DNA from: Candidatus Latescibacterota bacterium
Lineage (GTDB): Bacteria; Latescibacterota; UBA2968; GCA-2709665
Reading direction: 5' to 3'
Assembly: GCA_965208835.1 (NCBI GenBank)
Contig: OZ242358.1
Location: 1,728,001-1,792,000 of the forward strand
DNA: 64,000 bases
A program made the position numbers and the translations under genes. Of this stretch, positions 58,918-64,000 are shown piece after piece. The notes under the pieces were generated by a model that saw only the letters and a list, made by a program, of their open reading frames with translations, was not told where the DNA came from and searched no databases. Within the stretch, counting starts at the first letter, position 1. Every line of letters starts with the position of its first letter.

Positions 58918-61062
58918 TCAGTCTTCGATGCCTGGCCCGGCCGTCGCGAGCCGGTCCTCGTAGAACGGCCCCGTTTCGAACGTCCTGGCCACGACGTCCA
59001 GTTGACGAAGATAGGTCTCTTTTCTTCTGTTAGGGCCGTAAACTCCAAGGTCCAGGAAATAGAGCCGGTCCTTTTTCTCGTCCACCAGCACGTAGCTCCT
59101 GAAGGGCCCGCCCTTCCACGAGCGATCGTTCTGCCACAGTCCTTCCAGATGCACTGCCAACCGGCTTCCGAGCTCCCGCTGACTCACGGTCAGGCCGGTT
59201 GGGTCCACGACGTCGTTTTCAAAGAACCTCTCGGCGATCTCGTTCCGCTTCCGGATACACCACGCCTCGGTCAACCGGTCCGGCGGCACGCCGTCCTCCC
59301 GGTAGACAAACATCCACTGGCGCACCCTTGCGTGGGTACGCGTCAGTACCACGAATCCGCTATCGGCGTGTGAGTCGATCATATTGAAGCCGAAGGGCAC
59401 CCGCACGCGCCACCCGAACCGCTCCGCCAACTCCGAAGCGAGCGTCTCTCGTTCGCCGAATCGATAGAGGATGTCGGCGACCCATTCGTCCCGCTTCCCT
59501 TCGACCGCGCCGTAAATCCGGTCCGCTTCCGTCAGGAAGTTGGCTTTCAACGCACCGCGGTCCTCGCCCGTAATCAGCGCGACGACCTGGTCATCCGCCC
59601 ACACGTCACGGCGGATGACAATTGGCGCAGCGCCGTTACGGATGGCTTCTCTCCTTCCGTCCGGAACCAGCGAGCGTACCAGCCTGGCTGCTTCGTGGTC
59701 TCCGTCAAGCGCCGCCGCGATCACGATATTCCTGCGACGCAACGCCCGGAAGTCTCCCGCTCGTACGAACGAGACATGGTATAGACGCTCCTTCCCTGGT
59801 GTCCTTATTATCCTCTCGAAAACGCCGCGGATGGGTATACCCAACATCCGGGCATCCAGGGAATCCGCAATTACCGTAACCAGGTCCGAGCGCCCGGAAC
59901 TGGAGGGCAGGCCGTCCAGCCGCAGGAATGACAGCAGCCGATCCTTGATGGTTGCCAGTTTCACGAAGGCTTCCGACCTGCCCGGCACCTCGACCGCCGG
60001 CCCGCCTCCGCAGTTTGTCAATACCGCGAGGACCAGACCGAAAGCCAGTACGAGGCCGGCCCGTGACAGCCGCCGATCGCGGCCGCCCGGGGCATTCAAC
60101 AGCCGTGAGACCCGCCGAACGACCTGCTTCCGGTTTCCGGGGGCGCCGATTCCCATCGTCAACCCGACCGGCGATGCCAACATCTCGGTCAGCCGGGTGA
60201 GGCAGACCGCGTAACCTCTGGCTCTTCCGGTTATGCCGACCACCGTATCGTCGCACGCGACTTCTCGCTCAAGGTCCATCTGTCGACCGATCCACCATGC
60301 GGCCGGATGGAAGAACAAAACGCACCCGACAATCGCCTGCAGGAGCCTGGACCAGTCATCCAGCCGGTGCAGGTGCGCCAGTTCGTGCAGGACCACCTGA
60401 TCGAATTCCGCCTCCGTCAGCCGCTCCAGCATGGACTCTGGGATCAGAATCACAGGTCTGAAGAGGCCCGTCGCCGCGGGAGCGACCACCTGTGTGGAGC
60501 TGCAAAGGCGCACCCAGCGACGCGTCTCGCAAGCCCGAAGCAGGCGACGCAACCTGTGCTGATAGCGGGCGGGAAGGGGACTTGCACTCCGCTTCAGGCG
60601 CCGAATATGACGAAAAGCCAGGAAGAGCTTCGCCGACAATGCCAGTACGACCAGCATCCATACCGCGAAGACAATCGGCGGCCACGGGCGGGGAAGCTCA
60701 GCCACGATATCCGGCTCCAGGCCCTCCGGCGCTTCGGAGGCGCGCGTCGATTCGTACCCTTTCTCCCGGCTGAGATTCCGGCTTTCGGAGGCCTGCTCCT
60801 CTCTCAATTCCGCTGCCCGGGACCATATTCGTGCGGCGCCCGCATGGTCCGGCGGACTCAAAACTCCGGACCAGGACAGTGCGAACACCGCCGCCAGCGC
60901 GACCGTCCAGATTACGTACCGGGTCCGCGCGTTGAGCCACTTCGCGAAGTTCAGGAGGCACGCGAGCGAAATCGTAACGAGCAGTCCCGGCCAGAGTCCT
61001 TCCAGCACAGCAGACACCGCCAACCGTGAAACAGCGTCGAAGATTTCGTAGGCCGCGAACAT
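58918..61062 (-). CDS. BlaR1/M56 metallopeptidase fused to a DUF4837-like domain
   Basis: RYVIW, P.ILIP, HELAH..R.D, FFHP..W, REVACD; C-terminal GLW...GGPF.SY. Confidence 0.88.
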   Translation of the reverse strand: MFAAYEIFDAVSRLAVSAVLEGLWPGLLVTISLACLLNFAKWLNARTRYVIWTVALAAVFALSWSGVLSPPDHAGAARIWSRAAELREEQASESRNLSREKGYESTRASEAPEGLEPDIVAELPRPWPPIVFAVWMLVVLALSAKLFLAFRHIRRLKRSASPLPARYQHRLRRLLRACETRRWVRLCSSTQVVAPAATGLFRPVILIPESMLERLTEAEFDQVVLHELAHLHRLDDWSRLLQAIVGCVLFFHPAAWWIGRQMDLEREVACDDTVVGITGRARGYAVCLTRLTEMLASPVGLTMGIGAPGNRKQVVRRVSRLLNAPGGRDRRLSRAGLVLAFGLVLAVLTNCGGGPAVEVPGRSEAFVKLATIKDRLLSFLRLDGLPSSSGRSDLVTVIADSLDARMLGIPIRGVFERIIRTPGKERLYHVSFVRAGDFRALRRRNIVIAAALDGDHEAARLVRSLVPDGRREAIRNGAAPIVIRRDVWADDQVVALITGEDRGALKANFLTEADRIYGAVEGKRDEWVADILYRFGERETLASELAERFGWRVRVPFGFNMIDSHADSGFVVLTRTHARVRQWMFVYREDGVPPDRLTEAWCIRKRNEIAERFFENDVVDPTGLTVSQRELGSRLAVHLEGLWQNDRSWKGGPFRSYVLVDEKKDRLYFLDLGVYGPNRRKETYLRQLDVVARTFETGPFYEDRLATAGPGIED

Positions 61063-61072
61063 ACAAAGTTCC

Positions 61073-61450
61073 CTAACTGCTTTCGTCCACCATTCGTTTC
61101 AGGCGATCGATAACGTCTCCGTCGACCGTTTCGTTCTCTAGAATGTTCAGCATCAGCGCTTCGGGCGAATTGTTGAAGAACCGGCTCATCATGTACCGTA
61201 CCACGCTTCTCCTGGCGTCCTCGCGGCCGACGACGGGCTGGTAGACGTAGGCCCTGCCCTCCTTTTCGTGGGATACGTAGCCCTTCCGCTCGAGAATTCT
61301 CAGCGTTGTCAACACCGTGCTATAGGCGAGCGGTTCGTTACCCGGCAGCGCCGCGACAACGTCGCGCACGGTGGCTGCCTCCTTTTTCCAGAGCACGTCC
61401 ATCAGCCTGAGTTCAGCTTCCGTAAGCGTGGGCGACTTCGGCCTTGCCAT
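61073..61450 (-). CDS. BlaI/MecI/CopY family repressor
   Basis: LTEAEL.LM.VLW, LAYSTV.T.L..LE.KGY, GRAY.Y. Confidence 0.93.
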   Translation of the reverse strand: MARPKSPTLTEAELRLMDVLWKKEAATVRDVVAALPGNEPLAYSTVLTTLRILERKGYVSHEKEGRAYVYQPVVGREDARRSVVRYMMSRFFNNSPEALMLNILENETVDGDVIDRLKRMVDESS

Positions 61451-61465
61451 ACATTGAACTCCTTA

Positions 61466-61651
61466 GAAGCCGTTTTAAAATTCCCAGCGGTCTTCGCACG
61501 GCTGCAAAAGCGCCGGTCAGCGTTGGTCAAACCCACCCGTCTTACGAGATCGAGGCTGCGCTTGCTCGCCTCTCATAGGCGGGTTTTCCCGCCTTGACCG
61601 CCACTTTTTCGCTCGCGCTCGGGAACTCACCGGTAATTTTAAAACGGGTTC
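61466..61651. mobile_element. 186-bp MITE
   Basis: 17-bp TIR with one mismatch, GAAGCCGTTTTAAAATT / AATTTTAAAACGGGTTC. Confidence 0.8.
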
Positions 61652-61700
61652 ATAAAAGGTTGTATTTGAGTCACGAAGTTTCGTGATATTGGGGTGCGCG

Positions 61701-61758
61701 ATTAATTCCTTAATATAAATATACGGAAGATCCGCATTTTGTCAATTAAAAAATTAAT
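61701..61758. promoter_or_regulatory. Two ATTAA-N4-TTAAT operators upstream of blaI
   Basis: ATTAATTCCTTAAT and ATTAAAAAATTAAT. Confidence 0.6.
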
Positions 61759-61823
61759 ATTTTTGCGATTTGCCATTTGGGGACGCCATATTCCTCTTGA
61801 CATACGTCAGGAGATTCGGTAAT

Positions 61824-61858
61824 TTAAAACGTTCGTTTTAATCATACGTTTGTTTGAA
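61824..61858. promoter_or_regulatory. Tandem PsrA-like TetR operators
   Basis: TTAAAACGTTCGTTTTAA and ATCATACGTTTGTTTGAA just downstream of TTGACA. Confidence 0.65.
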
Positions 61859-61882
61859 ACTGATCATCAGTTGTGTGATTCC

Positions 61883-62527
61883 ATGAATCAGTCCGATACT
61901 CACGACCGTTTGCTCGACGCCGCCGAACATCTGTTTGCCGAACACGGAATCGCAGCCACGTCCCTGCGCGCCATAACTTCCGAGGCGTCCGCAAACCTGG
62001 CCTCCGTCCACTACCACTTCGGCTCCAAAGAAGCGCTCATCGAAGCGGTTTTCGCCAGGAGGCTGGAACCTCTAAACCGGGAACGGTGCCGCCTTCTCGA
62101 TGCCGAAGAATCGGCCGCCGGAGACGCACCCTCCATTGAAGGCATCGTAAATGCCTTCGTAGCACCCGCGATGCGGCTGGCGTACGACCCCGCGGGCGGC
62201 GGCGAGAATTTCATGCTGCTCATCGGAAGGCTCTATTCCGAACCTGGAGACCTGGGGTACAGAATTACCGAACAGTTCGCCGAAGTCTTTCAGCGCTTTA
62301 CGTCCGCCCTTGCCCGCAGCCTTCCCCACCTGTCCCGGACCGACCTGCTCTGGCGGTTCTTCTTCATGGTCGGCTGCATCAGCATGCCGCTGATGGGGAG
62401 ACACATCATCCCGCGACGGACCGGCGGCCTGTGCGATCCTTCCGATATCGAAAACAACATCAGGCGCCTCGTCGCGTTTCTCGCAGCCGGCCTTCGCGCC
62501 GCCGCCCCCAACGGAGACCCAACTTGA
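61883..62527 (+). CDS. TetR/AcrR regulator (PsrA-like)
   Basis: RLLDAAE.LFAE.G...TSLR.IT..A.ANLASV.YHFGSKE. Confidence 0.92.
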   Translation: MNQSDTHDRLLDAAEHLFAEHGIAATSLRAITSEASANLASVHYHFGSKEALIEAVFARRLEPLNRERCRLLDAEESAAGDAPSIEGIVNAFVAPAMRLAYDPAGGGENFMLLIGRLYSEPGDLGYRITEQFAEVFQRFTSALARSLPHLSRTDLLWRFFFMVGCISMPLMGRHIIPRRTGGLCDPSDIENNIRRLVAFLAAGLRAAAPNGDPT

Positions 62528-63966
62528 GACCGGTTCTTTCCATTCTCTCCCTGCTACTTGCGGCCTGCGCCGCGGCCCCGCAGGTGAACCCACCGGACGT
62601 CGACGTCACCATTCCGGAACGCTGGGCGGCAGGTAAAGCCGGCGCCACGCCCGCGGACACGCTCTGGTGGCGTTCCTTCAATGACGAAACCCTGACCGGC
62701 ATCGTTGCCGAAGCGCTGGCGAGAAACCACAACCTGCAGGCTTCCGCCGCCCGGGTACGCGCGGCCGCGGCACGGGCGAAGATCGCCGGCGCCCCTCTGT
62801 ATCCCGATGTCGGAGGCCGAGTGAGCGGGTCCCGCCGCAAACAGAATTTCATAGGCCTGCCCATCCCCGGTTCCGGGAACGGCGTTCTGACCTCAACGTC
62901 AAGCAGCTTTGGACTGTCCCTCGACGTCTCCTGGGAACTCGATCTCTGGAACCGGCTGGGAGCCGGCGCCTCGGCCGCTCTGGCCGACGCGCAGGCCGCG
63001 CGCGCGGATCATGCAGGCGCACGGCTCTCGCTGGCGGGACAGACCGCCAAGCTCTGGTTCGCGGCCGTGGAGGCCCGCAGACAGGTCGATCTTTCGGAAG
63101 CCACGGTAGAGAACCTCGAGACGTCAAGCGAGGTCGTACGGGAACGTTACAGGCGCGGATTGAGACACGCACTGGACCTGCGGCGCGCGCTTTCGGACCT
63201 GGCGGGCGCCGAGGCCGTCCTCCAACAGCGTCGGCTCATTCTGGACGGTACCCGGCGGCAGCTCGAAGTCCTTCTGGGCCGGTATCCCGACGCCGCGCTC
63301 AACACCGGCTCTAACCTGCCGGAACTTCCGGAAGCCATTCCAGCCGGCCTTCCCGCCGACCTGGTGTCCCGCCGGCCGGACCTGATGGCGGCGGAACGGA
63401 GGCTGGCGGCGTCCCACGCCCGGTACAAACAGGCCAGGCGGGCGCTCTATCCCCGCATCAGCCTCACGGGTTCCGCCGGCACCAGCAGCAGGGAACTGGA
63501 GAGTCTTCTCGACGGCGACTTCAGCGTGTGGAACCTGGCGGGAAATGTCCTGCAGCCCCTCTTTCAGGGCGGACGGATTCGCGGCGGCATCCGGTTGGCC
63601 GCTTCACAATCCGAAGGGGCCGCATCCACATACGTACAAAGCGTCCTGTCCGCCTTTGCCGAAGTGGAGACCGCACTGGAGGCGGAAAGCCTTCTGGCCA
63701 AACGACAGGCGGCGCTTGAAACCGCAACCGAACAGGCTCTTGCCGCGCGCCGCCTTGCCGAGGACAGGTACGCGGGAGGCCTGGTGGACCTGAACACGAT
63801 GCTGGAAGCCCAGCGCGGGGCGTACGCGTCCGAAAGCCAGCTCATCGCCGTACGCAGGCAGCGCCTCGAGAACCGGGTCAACCTGCACCTCGCCCTTGGC
63901 GGGGGTTTCGCGGGTCCCCGCGGAACGGCTTCGACGACGTCGACAACGCAAACGGAAGGACTGTAG
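62524..63966 (+). CDS. RND efflux outer-membrane lipoprotein (NodT/OprM family)
   Basis: Lipobox LAAC; WW..F.D, SWELDLW, RRPDL, L..ALGGG. Confidence 0.93.
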   Translation: MRPVLSILSLLLAACAAAPQVNPPDVDVTIPERWAAGKAGATPADTLWWRSFNDETLTGIVAEALARNHNLQASAARVRAAAARAKIAGAPLYPDVGGRVSGSRRKQNFIGLPIPGSGNGVLTSTSSSFGLSLDVSWELDLWNRLGAGASAALADAQAARADHAGARLSLAGQTAKLWFAAVEARRQVDLSEATVENLETSSEVVRERYRRGLRHALDLRRALSDLAGAEAVLQQRRLILDGTRRQLEVLLGRYPDAALNTGSNLPELPEAIPAGLPADLVSRRPDLMAAERRLAASHARYKQARRALYPRISLTGSAGTSSRELESLLDGDFSVWNLAGNVLQPLFQGGRIRGGIRLAASQSEGAASTYVQSVLSAFAEVETALEAESLLAKRQAALETATEQALAARRLAEDRYAGGLVDLNTMLEAQRGAYASESQLIAVRRQRLENRVNLHLALGGGFAGPRGTASTTSTTQTEGL

Positions 63967-63969
63967 AAC

Positions 63970-64000
63970 ATGAGCATGAGACCGTTGAAAAGCACACGCC
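63970..64000 (+). CDS. Truncated start of next gene (probably efflux adaptor)
   Basis: ATG 3 nt after the previous stop, AAGGA upstream; identity inferred from context only. Confidence 0.4.
   Translation, partial: MSMRPLKSTR

Overview
GC-rich bacterial chromosomal window with about 58 protein genes, tRNA-Glu(UUC), tRNA-Val(CAC) and RNase P RNA. The gene repertoire (dockerin/EF-hand surface protein, BNR proteins, PhyH dioxygenase, TonB, DUF4837) suggests a diderm of the Latescibacterota/Gemmatimonadota type; this is inference only. Housekeeping blocks (nth-like/dusB/larB; tRNA-Val/Zn-ribbon/rnhA/rnpB/pyrF; TPR/mdh) alternate with catabolic and accessory genes. There is no CRISPR array, integrase or transposase, but the intergenic DNA carries several non-autonomous repeat families (GTAG REPs, four MITE-like types, 7-nt-period tracts). 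Best leads: (1) an ECF sigma factor fused to an unknown domain that has its own internal RBS and a stand-alone paralogue next door; (2) a BlaI / BlaR1-DUF4837 / TlpA / TonB module with a shared palindromic operator and an in-frame UGA plus SECIS-like hairpin in tlpA; (3) an unannotated 42-aa gene with its own promoter and terminator; (4) a 68-aa LGY-tailed protein paired with a sulfotransferase. All calls come from reading motifs by eye; no searches were run.
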